A program made the translations under genes and the position numbers. From the NCBI GenBank assembly GCA_043228905.1, contig JBHGNT010000012.1:15996001-16060000 (forward strand): DNA of 64,000 nucleotides, written 5' to 3'. Below the pieces are notes generated by a model. That model worked only from the letters and a program-made list of their open reading frames with translations. It ran no database searches and was not told the DNA's origin. Within the stretch, counting starts at the first letter, position 1, and each line of letters starts with the position of its first letter. This document shows positions 50,540 through 62,489 of the stretch, one piece after another. The DNA is from Azolla caroliniana (Eukaryota > Plantae > Polypodiophyta).

Positions 50540-50883
50540 CATCAATAAGAGAGGTGTTAGGGGCTACATTGTTTGGGGAGAGCCAGAGTAGTGGCATTTG
50601 GCAACCGATCCATGTGGTGGTGTAGGCTGGCAATAGTTGGAAGATGCACCCTGATTATGCTAAGGTGGAACCCCATTGGAAGTTGTGGGTCTACAATGAT
50701 CACCCCCTCGCGAAACTAGAACGGGACTTAGGGGATATTAGGTGGAAACAAGGTGGCAGGTTGTGCCACTTCTTTGATAACAACACTAAATTGGGTCGAG
50801 CTACACAACTGCAATTGAAAGGTCCCTTGCGCAATGGTTGGAGGACATTGGGCATCCCTTGTGGATAATAATAATAATAATAA
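50540..50883 (+). mobile_element. Possible LINE ORF2 fragment followed by (TAA)n
   Basis: Trp-rich ORF 50644-50868 reminiscent of plant L1 ORF2 downstream of RT; (TAA)6 after it; no TSD found. Confidence 0.35.
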
Positions 50884-50889
50884 GCGAAA

Positions 50890-53640
50890 TAAATAATATT
50901 AGTACTAGTTATTCGTTTCTTATGAAGACGGTTTCATTCATGAGAAGGAAACTGCCTTGATGGTGGTCTTATAAAGCCACCACTAACGTTGTAATAGTTA
51001 TGGTATACTTATAATAAAACTTTATTCCCTCATTCTCTGTCTTTGTCTCTCTCCTCTTTTCCTACATGGTGTCAGAGACAATAACCTATAACCTATAGCC
51101 CATACCTTCCTAAAATCTCAAAACATATGCCCTTATCGTAATTCAACACTTTATGCCCATACAAAAACAATCATATTCGTAGTGTCAAAAATCGACAAAT
51201 AACGAAAGTCAATTTTGTGGACGCATTTGCAAACTATCTTCGAAATCCAAAATGATGCCCAACAAGTTCATACACTTCAAGCGCTCGTCAACGACAAAAT
51301 GAATGACGAACAACCGGTTGATGAATTTCTTTCAATATGGCAAAGGAAATTAGATGACGTTTTAACTTTAGGATTGGAAATCCATAGTAAATTATAAAAG
51401 ATTCTCCTTCTTGGTGCTCTTCCTCACTCCTGGTCCACCTTCAGGACCACTCAAAACTCGGTGAATTGTCCAACTTTAATTGATCTTCTTGCAAATATTA
51501 GACAGGAAGAAACAATGCATTCACAAAGGACTCCAAATTCAACTCCAAACATTGCAATGGTAGCATACAAAAATAAAAGGTTCAACCAAAGAGGAGAAAG
51601 CTCCAAGTCATGGATAAGGAAAGCTCCAAACACTAAACCAAGAGGAATGCAGTTTAACAATACTTATTGTAAAATCTGTCGTTCTAAGACAAAATTCGGG
51701 AATTACCAACCTTGGAGGCGTGTACAAACCCATCTTTTTGAAGAAATGGATGATGATAAAGACATAGGAGATCGATATCATAATCAAAATGATGGCAAGT
51801 ATTATGATGTTCTTCTAGCATTCATTGCCGAATCACTTTTTCTCTATTACTCCATATCCAAGTAATGTAAAATACATATGATATCTTGACACTAGTACTA
51901 CTAACCACTTATCTAACAAGAAAGATTGGTTATCTGCTAGTCAAGCAATCACAAATGGTACTATCTTTGAATTTTATTCTAACCATGCTATTATTAAACA
52001 TAAAGTCGCAAATGGAGACCTTATTAGAGCTTGTTGCAAACGAGAATGACTCCGAGGCTTATATCCCATAAAATGCATTCCTACATCTCCCATTTTAGAA
52101 GCACATCATTTTACCCCAATACAAACCTCCATATCTCTAACCAATTTTCATTCTCCTTCTTCTCTTTGGCCTTTTTGTCTAAGCCATATGCATTTCAATG
52201 CACTAAAAACACTACAATATAATAACGTAGTCTATGGTTTGCCAAAAGAACCTTTCAAACCCATCTCTTTGTGTGAAAGTAGTATCCTTGGCAAAATGCC
52301 CCAACAACCCTTCCCAAAGCATAGATCAAGAGACTCTACCCCTCTTGGTTTAGTACATAGTGATCTATGTGGACCCTTTCCGACCCCTTCTCTTAGTGGA
52401 GCCAAGTAATTCATTAGCTTTATAGATGACTTTAGTTGCTTTACAATCTTGTATTTTCTTAAGTATAAAAGTCAAGCTTATCAAGCATTTAAAGAATACA
52501 ATGCTCTAGTCGAAGTGTAAACATCAATTGAAAAATTAAAAGTCTTCAAACCAATGGTGGTGGTGAGTATATGTCTCATGAATTTCAAACATTCTTACAA
52601 AATGAAGGTATACATCATAAAATATCAACAACATACAAACCACAACAAAATGGTGTAGATGAAAGAAAGAAAGAACACTTTTCAATATGGCTCGTAGTAT
52701 GTTACAATTTGTTCAACTATCACCTCAATTTTGGGAGGAAGCAATTGACACCACTTGTTACATTCAAAATCGAGGATTTCATAGATCTTTGGGGATACAA
52801 ATCCCTTATGAACTATGGGATGGTCACAAACCTTACATTGTGCCAAATGTTCAAAGAAATAAGCTAGATTCAAGAACTACAAAAGAAATTTTCATTGGAT
52901 ATGGAAAAACTTCGGGTTACAAGGCATACAAGCTCAACAATCCACAAAAACAAAGATGAATATTTTTTAGTCACAATGTTATATTTCAAGAAAATGGGCT
53001 TTCTACAAAGGTTTCTTCTTCATTTCCCTGTAATATACCTCCTTTATTACCTACCCCTTCCCACTTCCAACCATCTTCCTCATCTATCTCCAATATTAAT
53101 AATTCTCACAATGGAGGAGCCAACATTGGGTCGTCCTCTACTTCAACTATTCGTGTGGCGCTTCCATCTCAACACAAGTCAAAGGTCAATCCTCCTCAAT
53201 CAACTAATTTTTCTTCTTCTCCTTCATCTCTCCAATCTCCAAATGTTTCTCTTTTTCCTATTTCCTCAAGAAATACACATTGCTTAACTCCCTCTATCAA
53301 CATAAGCAATGTTATCTTCTCTAGTCCCTCTTCAAATTGGAACCGATGTCTAAATAGTATCGATGAACAACTTGATCAAATGGAAGCACAATTTGTGGAT
53401 TTGGACCATGATGCTTATATACAAGAAGAAGAAATTCCAATCCTTAGTGATGACACAAATTTATCGGCCAAAGATGCTCTTAGGATCAAGATTTATCAAA
53501 TGGAAAAAGGCTATGTAGAAAGAGATGAAGGCTTTAATTAAAAATGGTACGCGAACCCTCATTGAGCCTCCAAAAGATCTTCATATAATTGGTTCAAAAT
53601 GGGTTTTATGCATCAATCGAGATGGGAATGGCAAGAAGAC
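50890..53640 (+). mobile_element. Degenerate Ty1/Copia element F (LTR end about 51066, gag, integrase, start of RT)
   Basis: PBS-like TGGTGTCAGAG at 51067; LLGALPHSW in gag; LVHSDLCGP, QQNGVDER, MARSML...FWEEA; multiple stops and deletions. Left boundary approximate. Confidence 0.8.
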
Positions 53641-54723
53641 AATTGTTGATTGGGAGATGGAGAAGACATGGTCCACATCCTAGTCGACTGTGAATAGACC
53701 TCCAACTAACACAACCGAATCCAACTCAATCGATTCGAGCCGAGTTGTTGGTCGACCGAAAGCAGACTCAAGTCAATCCGACCGAAGTCGAATAAAAACC
53801 AGTCTGCCAAATAGATAGTCGGCAAAGTCGAGAGCCAACTGAGGATCACTAGGAGTTAGCCGAGACAAGATTTTCGACAGACACACAAGGAGAGTCGGTC
53901 GGAAGAAGACAGTTGTCCGAACGAGGATCCGAATCCGATTCGGATTACTGATTGAAGAATTCGAACAGGTGCCAACTGCAGCTAATGAAGGCAGGAGATA
54001 TCCTCTGAGAGAGAGAAGGCCCCCCAGAGATTTCCAGATAGAGATTATGTACTATTAACTGATGAGGGAGAGCCGGAAAGCTTCGAGGAAGCAAAGAAGG
54101 ATACCCACAACTGAGGGTGGTTGAGTGCCATGCAGGATGAGATGGATTCCCTGCATGAAAACCATACGTACGAGCGGACATAGTTGCCGAAAGGAAAGAA
54201 TGCACTTCGAAACAAGTGGGTGTACAAGTTGAAACTAGGAGATGGCGAAAATCCACCAAGATTCAAAGCCCGCATTGCGGTGAAGGGGTTCCAAAAAACA
54301 AAGGGTGTGGATTTCGACGAAATTTTTACTCCGGTGGTGAAAATGGCATCCATCTGAATGGTGCTCAGCATAACGGCCATCATGGACCTCGAAGTGGAGT
54401 AGTTGGATGTCAAGACGACCTTTTTGTAGGGAGACCTGAAAGAAGATATTTATAGACTGAAGCAGGCGCCCCGACAATGGTACCGGAAGTTCGAATCTTT
54501 CATGGCCGATCAAGGGTACCACAAGACGCGGGTCAACCACTGCATGTTTGTGAAGAAGCATGATGGAGGAGATTTCCGCGTCCTCTTATTGTATGTGGAC
54601 GACATGTTGATTGTTGGACAGGACCTAAGAAAAATCGAAATCGTAAAAAAGGTTTTGGGTAGGTCTTTTGCTTGCAATGAAGGATATTGTCACGACATAG
54701 TGACGTCAAATATGTAGTTAGTG

Positions 54724-54778
54724 AGGATTGAACCTGCAACCTCACATCTACAAGACGTCATGCCTAACCATTTTGAAA
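54724..54778 (-). promoter_or_regulatory. tRNA-like A/B-box segment in the solo LTR, antisense
   Basis: Minus strand ...CAAAATGGTTAGGCA...GAGGTTGCAGGTTCAATCCTC; degenerate A-box to B-box spacing 44 nt. Confidence 0.5.
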
Positions 54779-55008
54779 TGAGCATGTATTTATATATAAT
54801 AGTTTAGTTAATTTTTATTCTAGCATATAATACGCTCCAGAATATTCCAGTCTTTAGTATATTCTAGAAATATTCTATGGTGTAAATTCTAGATGGGTAT
54901 ATTTTATAGATATTTGTTGGGTATATTGTAGAGATATTTCTCAGGTATATTCAAGAGATATTTAATCTCAGAAGTTGTATAAATACTTGTAACCTCCTTG
55001 GTCCCTTT

Positions 55009-58000
55009 TGTTGGGGACAAGGTCGTCAGTGCGGAAGAACAATCAACATTTGTGATGTTGAAGGACCTGTGTATGAGAATGAACAAGATACACAGAGAGA
55101 GAGAGAGAGAGATAGGCACAAAGAAACGTTTTATTTCTTAATAGCAACAGTTACAGAATGACAACCAACCTTCACTAAAGGTTACAAAGTCACTTTATAT
55201 AGTGACTATCCTAGGGCAACTGCCCTTTATGTTATTTACAGAAATAGCCCAAACTTGGGCGGTCCAAAGGGACAGTGTGAATACGGCCATTATATACTCG
55301 TATTCGACACTCCCCCATAATGGGTGTATACATGGGTTATCTTAAATTACAGGTATATACAAGGTTTATCGGACAGATCGGTTTTGTTCGAGTCGGCAAT
55401 ATCTGAAGACAGAAGACCGAACCGGTCGGGTCGGAAAAGCTGAAGCCGATCCTCAAAGAACCGATGTCGGTTGTCTGAAACCATCCTGTGTTGTGTGTCA
55501 GACTTTTTAACCGGACCGATTTTTCGTTACGCCCATCTAGTGCCGAAGGGACCGGAAGCGATCCACCGAAAGACACTTGGTCATTCCATCTGCGACATTA
55601 TCGGTTGTGGATATCTTCTCAAGACCGTTTTTCCTTGAAATGACGCAGTCCCGAACAAAGTGATATCGAATGTCGATATGCTGAGGCATTGTTGTGGTGA
55701 ACCAGATTTTTTAACAAAGCAACAACACCCTGACTTTCGCTGTAGACAACTCGAGCCGAGTCAAGGTCGACTTGTCGAAACGTGTGCGCCAGCCAACCGA
55801 GCCATAAAGCTTCTTTTGCCGCGTCGGACACAGCTACATATTCCGCTTCGATTGTTGAGGTGGTTGTGCACTCTTGAAGTTTCGACTTCCACGAGATTGC
55901 TCCATTGCCGAATTTGAAACAATATCCGGTTGTTGATTTCCGGCTGTCCACGCAACCGGCGAAGTCCGAGTCGGTGTAACCGACTACGCCTGAGGTTGAG
56001 TTCGGGCCAAAAAGAATGTCGTGGTCTTTTGTGCCAGCTAGATATCTGAACACATGCTTGACTGTGTTCCAGTGCGATTAGCCTGGGTTGTGCATGAATT
56101 TGCTAACGATTCCTACGATGTGAGAAATATCAGGCCATGTCGTGACCATCGCGTACATAAGGGAGCCGACTGCCGGTGCATACGGTACCGATTTCATATC
56201 TTCCCCCTCCAAACTGGATGTCGGGCAGTCTTGCTGAGACAGCCGAAGGTTAATGGGCAGCGGGGTCGAAGCAGACTTGGCCGAGTGCATGTTGAAGCGT
56301 TCCAAGACACGTCTGATGTAGTCAGTTTGAGACAAGAAAAGTTGTCATTTATCGCGATGCTGACTAATCTTCATACCAAGTATGTGTCTTGCCGGACCGA
56401 GGTCCTTCATGGCAAACTTCAACTGCAGTTTCCGAATGAGTTCGGTGAGCCCTCCGGCATGTCGGCCGGAGAGTAGCATGTTGTCCACGTAAATGATGAG
56501 GAAGAGGGGAGACCCGTCTTGAGCTGTTTTGGTGAAGAGACAGTGGTCCTCATCGCTCTTGGAGAAACCGACCGACTGGATGAAGTCGTCGAACTTCTTG
56601 TACCACTGTCGGGGTGTCTGTTTCAAGCCGTATAAACTCTTCCTGAGTCGGCAAACTAGATGTTCCTGGCCGGATGCCACAAAGCCTTTCGGCTGCTCCA
56701 TGTAGATTTCCTCCTGTAGGTCAACGTGGAGGAATGCCATTTTTACATCTAGTTGAATCAGCTCCAAGTTGTCGGCGGCCACGACGCCAAGCATGAAACG
56801 AAGGGTTGTCATTTTCCCCACTGGTGAAAAGATTTCGTCGAAGTTGACGCCATATTCTTGTTGAAATCCCCTCGCAACTAATCTGGCCTTGTACTTTGGG
56901 TTGGTCGAGTCGGACGTCTCTTTTAGTCGATAGACCCACTTACACGAAAGAGCACGTCGATTCTTCGGTAATTCGACCAAGTCCCAAGTCTTGTTTGTGC
57001 GAATGGAGTGCATTTCCGACTCCATCGCCAAATGCCAGGTGACTGAGTTGGCAGATGCCAATGCTTCTTCGTAAGACGTTGGTTCGCCGGCGTCGATAAA
57101 GAAAATTCCGGGAGAGTACCTTTCCGGAGGTTGCGACAGTCTCTCGGATCTTCGAGGTATGACTGGACTGGTCGCACCGGGTATAGGTGTCGGATGGTCG
57201 GAAGCCGAGCCATTCGGCTGTGCTGAATCGGTGGATTCAGGACGAGAGGTGTCGGTTACTCATGAAACCGATCTCGTGTTGTGGGATGGGCCTTCATGAA
57301 GGGTTGACACTTCAGAAAATATTACCCTTCGGACTTCAATAGGGCTTTCGGCCGTTTTATGCATAACCAACTCGTTGAACACGACGTCCGAACTTCAGAC
57401 AATTTGTCTGTGTTCGGGGTCCCAGAGCTTAGGGATGTAACCGGCTCTGGATAGGTGCGTTATGCCAACCTTGCTGAGGTGTCCAAGTCGTCCGTGGCAT
57501 AACGATGACACAGGGATATCAAGCAAAAATAAGTCACCCTGTTTGAGTGTGACATATAAAGGGTACAAAGAGTGTACCTTTAGTCCTCGAGCAAGCAGGA
57601 GGTTCCCTTTGTGGAGTGTCCACCCTCCTGATGAGAACCTGGCACGGATGCCGGCTTCGTCAAGTTTTCCGACTGAGATCAAGGGTCTTGAAAGCTCAGG
57701 AACGTGTCGGAAGTTGTGAAGTACGAGTGTAGAGCCACCCCGAAGGTTGAGCTCTACGGTGCCGATTCCGATTATGGCACAATGTTGCGAGTTCCCGACT
57801 TGAACTGAGTCGGAGTGCCGGTCTGAGTATTGCCGAAACTAAGATCGGTGAGGTGTCACATGATACGATGTGCCCGAGTCCAAGAGCCATGTGCTCGATT
57901 CCTCAGTCGTAAGAAGAACTTCTAATTCGATTGGGTTCTCTATGGACAGTGTGTTTGGGTCGGTCGTCAAAATTTCGGCTGAAGAGTCAACGTAGTTGAC

Positions 58001-59518
58001 CTCCTCATGCCGGCTACTCTTCTGATATGCTATCTGAGCTTTGTCGTTTTTTCTTTGAGTGCCCAACAATCGGTTTTGATGTGTCCCAGTTTCTTGTAGT
58101 AGTTGCAGATTCGATTGTCCCGGGACTTGCTCCGGCTTCGCTGATTATTCGGCGGTCGGGAAGAACTTCTTCCTCGGTTGTTCGATCGGTCGGTTGAACC
58201 TTGTACTATGTAAGCTTCATTTGCCGAGTCTTGGCGAAAGACTTTCTCCGAGCTGCTTCAGTCAGGATTGCGCTCATGATTTCGGAGTACTTAATGGCAG
58301 TTGTTGAAGCATTGCACACGGTTGTGACGAAAGTTTCCCAAGAAGAGGGGAGACTACTCATGAGTATCATTGCTCTGAGTTCATCCTCTATTGCCGTCCC
58401 CTGAGACGATATTTGGGAGCTCAGGCTTTTGTACTCGTTGAGGTGTGCCTAAATTGAATCAGATGCTTTCATCCGCAAGTTGTAGAGGTGCCGGATCAGA
58501 TACATCTTCGTTGCGGCGACCTTCTTTTCATAAGTTTCTGGCAGTGTTTTCCAAAGTTCAAAAGTTGTCGAGCATGATTGCATTGTGAAGTACACTGACT
58601 CCGACAAGTGCATCCGAATCATGGCGCGAACGATTCTGTCCAGCTTTAGCCACTCGTTTTCCTTGTATGCTTCTAGAGGATTTTCATTCTCAATCGGGTC
58701 TATCTGACCCTTGACTATGAGATAGTCTTGCATTTGTTCCTTCCAGAAGTTGAAGTTCGAACCGTCGAACCTCCTTAGACTCATCTCTGATGAGCCGGAT
58801 GTTGATGCCATCTGATTCGGTTTCGGTTGGTAAGACTCAGTTCGGAGTTGACTAGGAACCTTAGTTGGGTGCAGTCGGTCGGCTCACCTGATATCGTTCT
58901 AGTCAGTCTTGAACCCGAGTCGGTTTAGTTTCGGATACTTGTTTGCTGAACCTTCTTGGAGCGACTCCGGTTAGCTTCTGATTGTATGCCGAATACCGAT
59001 CACAAGAAACCGATTGTTTAGGCCGATTTTGCTTCGGATGATTGCAGCGATGAGAGGGACAGATCCACCTGATCCTCGCGAATGTCGATCAGCCGAATGA
59101 AGCACAAATTTGGTTGTTGCCTGGAGACCAATCTGCAACGGGTGGTTACAACAAGCGGGTGAATAGTGTCCGGTGACCTATTCGGATGTTGTTTAACCAA
59201 ATGAAGCACGATTGGGTCAGGTGTTGCACAAGGAGCTCACCTCAGGTGGTTACAATCACAAGAACAGAGTACAACCGGCTAGCTTACTCGAATTAGTGAT
59301 TTAACACAGTGAGATGTAGACATCTTGTTTTTCTTCTCTCTTCTCTGTTCTTCAAGAAAAACAGAAACAGAGTGTTGTGTGGTGTACTATGATGGCCGGC
59401 AACATGTTGAAGAACCTCCAACCTAGCTCTGATACCAAATGTTGGGGACAAGGTCGTCAGTGCGGAAGAACAAACAACATCTGTGATGTTGAAGGACTTG
59501 TGTATGAGAATGAACAAG

Positions 59519-59562
<44 letters not shown>

Positions 59563-59756
59563 GCACAAAGAAACGTTTTATTTCTTAATAGCAACAGTTA
59601 CAAAATGACAACCAACCTTCACTAAAGGTTACAAAGTCACTTTATATAGTGACTATCCTAGGGCAACTGCTCTTTATGCTATTTACAGAAATAGCCCAAA
59701 CTTGGGTTGTCCAAAGGGACAGTGTGAATACGGCCATTATACACTCGTATTCGACA
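55009..59756 (-). mobile_element. Ty1/Copia element H, relative of E, integrase deleted (3' LTR 55009-55309, 5' LTR 59440-59756)
   Basis: Perfect TSD ccttt; PBS TGGTATCAGAGC ending at 59437; PPT ATGGGGGAG; ORF pieces 58449-58811, 57395-57682, 56345-57061, 55619-56053 align to the E polyprotein. Confidence 0.96.
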
Positions 59757-60752
59757 CCTTTCAAGGGATTCAACACCAGTCATTGACAATTCAATACAGT
59801 ATTCTCGTTTCGCCCCATCTTGTCTCCTTGGTCTTTATCTCTGTCATCATGCTCTTATGTCATTCCTGGGTTCTTAAGTTCCATGCTCTTAGCCCCATCA
59901 TTCATGCTCCGTCCGAGTCCGCAGTTGGTGTGTCTGTGACAGATATGGTTCCAGCAAAACAAATCCTGGGAATGCACATTGTCTAGGGCAGGACAAAGAG
60001 GCAATTGTAGTTGTCACAGGAGAAGTACATGAGAAAGGTGCTCCAGAGATTCAACATGCAGAGCACGAAGCCGGTTGGCTCGACACAACTGATAAGTAGC
60101 AAGCTATCTGAAAGACAATGTTCGAAGACGAAAACGGAGAAGGCTAAGATAAGCAAGGTGCCCTATGCCTCAATAGTCGGAAGCTTAATGTATGTGATGG
60201 TCTGCACCAGGTCGAACATTGTATATGTTGTTGGAGTCGTCCGTCGGTATATGAGCAATCCCGGAAGAGAGCATTGGGTTACAGTAAAGTGGATACTCTG
60301 GTACCTGAGAGGCACCTCAACATTGTACCTCCAATTCGGCTTAGGTAAACCTATACTAGAAGGTTTTACTGACTCAGACATGTCGGCTGATGTGGATACC
60401 AGCCAGTCCACGTTCGGGTATGTGATGACAAATGCAGGGGGAGCCGTCTCGTGGAAATCGAGGTTGTAGAAGGTTGTGGCGTTGTTGACCATAGAAGTGG
60501 AGTACACAGTTGTTGAAGAAGCCAACAAAAAGATCATTTGGATGAAGGACTTCATCGGTGAGTTGGGGATTCGGCGAGAGGAATTCCGACTTTACTATGA
60601 CAACCAAAGTGCCATCCACCTTGCCAAGAATGTTGCCTACCACTCTAGGACTAAGCATATCTAGAGGAGATACCATTGGCTTAGGGAGAGGGTAGAAGAA
60701 AAGGATTTTTCTTTGGTGAAGATCTACACGGATGAAAATGGATCGGACACGT

Positions 60753-62423
60753 TGTCGTGAAAATTCATCACTATGTGCGGATCGTGAGGTGGAACCGCCG
60801 AGGTTATGGACAGGAAGGAAATAGGGCTCACACGCACAACACAAGGAAGGTTACACAAACAAGGCATGAGTATTCGAACGTGTTTGCGAAAAGGAGACAT
60901 GAATGGGCAAGCCCGAATCAACCCCTAGTCACAAGACGAACGAATGCACGTGAGGAAGGCTTACACACAAACACATGAGGAAAAGGCTTACTTACACACA
61001 TGAGAGATAGAGTTTCGAATGCCTTTGCGAAAGGAGAGGTGCATGGGCAAAAGCCCGAACGCTCCCTTGTTACAAGACATGCGAACACACAATCAAGGTT
61101 TACACACAGGAGACACAATTTTGAACGCCTTTGTGAAAGGAGAGGTGCATGGGCAAGCCTGAATGCTCCCTTGCCACAAGTTGCACGAACACACAAGCAA
61201 GATTTACACTAACACGCAAGACATGATTTCCAACGCCTTTGTGAAAGGAGAGGTGCATGGGCAAAGCCCGAACTCTCCCTTGCCACAAGTCGCACGAACA
61301 CACAAGCAAGATTTACACTAACATGCAAGACACGAAAGTTTGAATGCCTTTGCGAAAGGAGAGGTGCATGGGCAAGCCCAAAACGCTCCCTTGTCACAAG
61401 ACACACAAACAGATAAGCACAACTGACAATAACATATAAGACACATAAGTTTGAATGCCTTTGTGAAAGGAGAGGTGCATGGGCAAGCCCGAAATGCTCC
61501 CTTGTCACAAGACACAGAAACAAATAAGCACAAATGACAATAACATATAAGATACGTAAGTTTGAATGCCTTTGTGAAAGGAGAGGTGCATGGGCAAGCC
61601 TGAAACACTCCATTGTCACACGACACACAAACAAATAAGCACAAATGACAATAACATATAAGACATGTAGGTGAAACCAAACATTAGTTTATTACAATAT
61701 AATAGATTCTTTTATAAAATAAGAATCAATTTTACAATGGGTTTGATATGATAATGAGAGATAATTTATAAAGGAAGGGGGAAGAGAGGTGGAGGAAAGA
61801 AGAGAGTGGAATATAGAAGAAGGTGATTCTTTGTTGATGATGCCTCTCGATGTTGTTGATCCTTCTTCTTTTGTCTTCCAATTGAGTAGAGCTTCCGTGT
61901 TACTTCTCCCTCCCCCCCTTCTTCACTAGAATAGGCTCTTATTTATAGGTTTAGGATTGCTGCCTTTTTCCCCTATAAAAAAGCTTGTCTATATGAGTTG
62001 ACTTTTCTTTTCCTCACTATTTCTGTTTTCAAGCCCCAAATTTCACATACAAGATATTCTTGGAAAGCTCTTTGGGTTAGCTTTCTTATGCATCTTTTCT
62101 TTTCTAATTTGGACATCTAGTGAGGAAATTATGAGCTTTTTTCTCTACTGTGCTCCTCATATCCACGCGTGCTCTTTTTTTTTTCTCTCCATCTTTTTAT
62201 CTACTTTTCTCTACTTTTGAAAGCCGCCTCTAACTTAATATTCATCATTATTTATTGTAAGGTTCAATCCTTTGACCTTTTATTTATAAGGAATTATCTT
62301 TGGCAAAATGAAAAAGTATTTTTGCTAACAATAAAGTTGACTTCACAATACTAGTTTATTTTAACTACTATTTTGCTTCTTTTCGAGGGTGGTTTCACAC
62401 TATGTGTTAGAAACATCACGACA
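60753..62423 (-). mobile_element. Solo LTR (1671 bp), probably of the G1/G2/G3 Gypsy lineage
   Basis: TGTCGTGA...TCACGACA terminal inverted repeat; perfect 4-bp TSD ACGT (60749-60752, 62424-62427); U5 motif gcggttcc(c)acc shared with the G3 LTR. Confidence 0.88.
60870..61670. repeat. Tandem repeat of about 105-120-bp units (about 7 copies) inside the solo LTR
   Basis: Core gcctttg(t/c)gaaaggagaggtgcatgggcaa recurs at about 61021, 61127, 61235, 61346, 61457 and 61568, with a diverged copy near 60880. Confidence 0.92.
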
Positions 62424-62489
62424 ACGTTGACGAAGGTGTTGTCAGTAGACAGGTTGAATGTGTGCCAACAAAGAGTCGGACTGGTGATG

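Larger units (their letters stand above)
54688..59941 (+). mobile_element. Solo LTR (54688-55008 plus 59762-59941) interrupted by Copia H
   Basis: TGTCAC...GTGACA termini; perfect TSD gatat (54683-54687, 59942-59946); tataaat near 54978. Confidence 0.9.
53641..62489 (+). pseudogene. pol: Degenerate Copia G pol (RT-RNase H), host of three nested insertions; pieces 53641-54687, 59947-60752, 62428-62489
   Basis: LLTDEGEPES, FKARIAVKGF, LYVDDML, AMKD|MVPAKQILGM and NGSDT|LTKVLS read through the insertion points. Confidence 0.88.

Noticed and set aside
54058-54085. CTGATGA...GAAA hammerhead-like core
   Set aside because: It encodes the Copia LTDEGEPES motif and lacks the required flanking stems.
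60918-61680. Repetitive Cys/His-rich ORFs
   Set aside because: Translation of the LTR tandem repeat.
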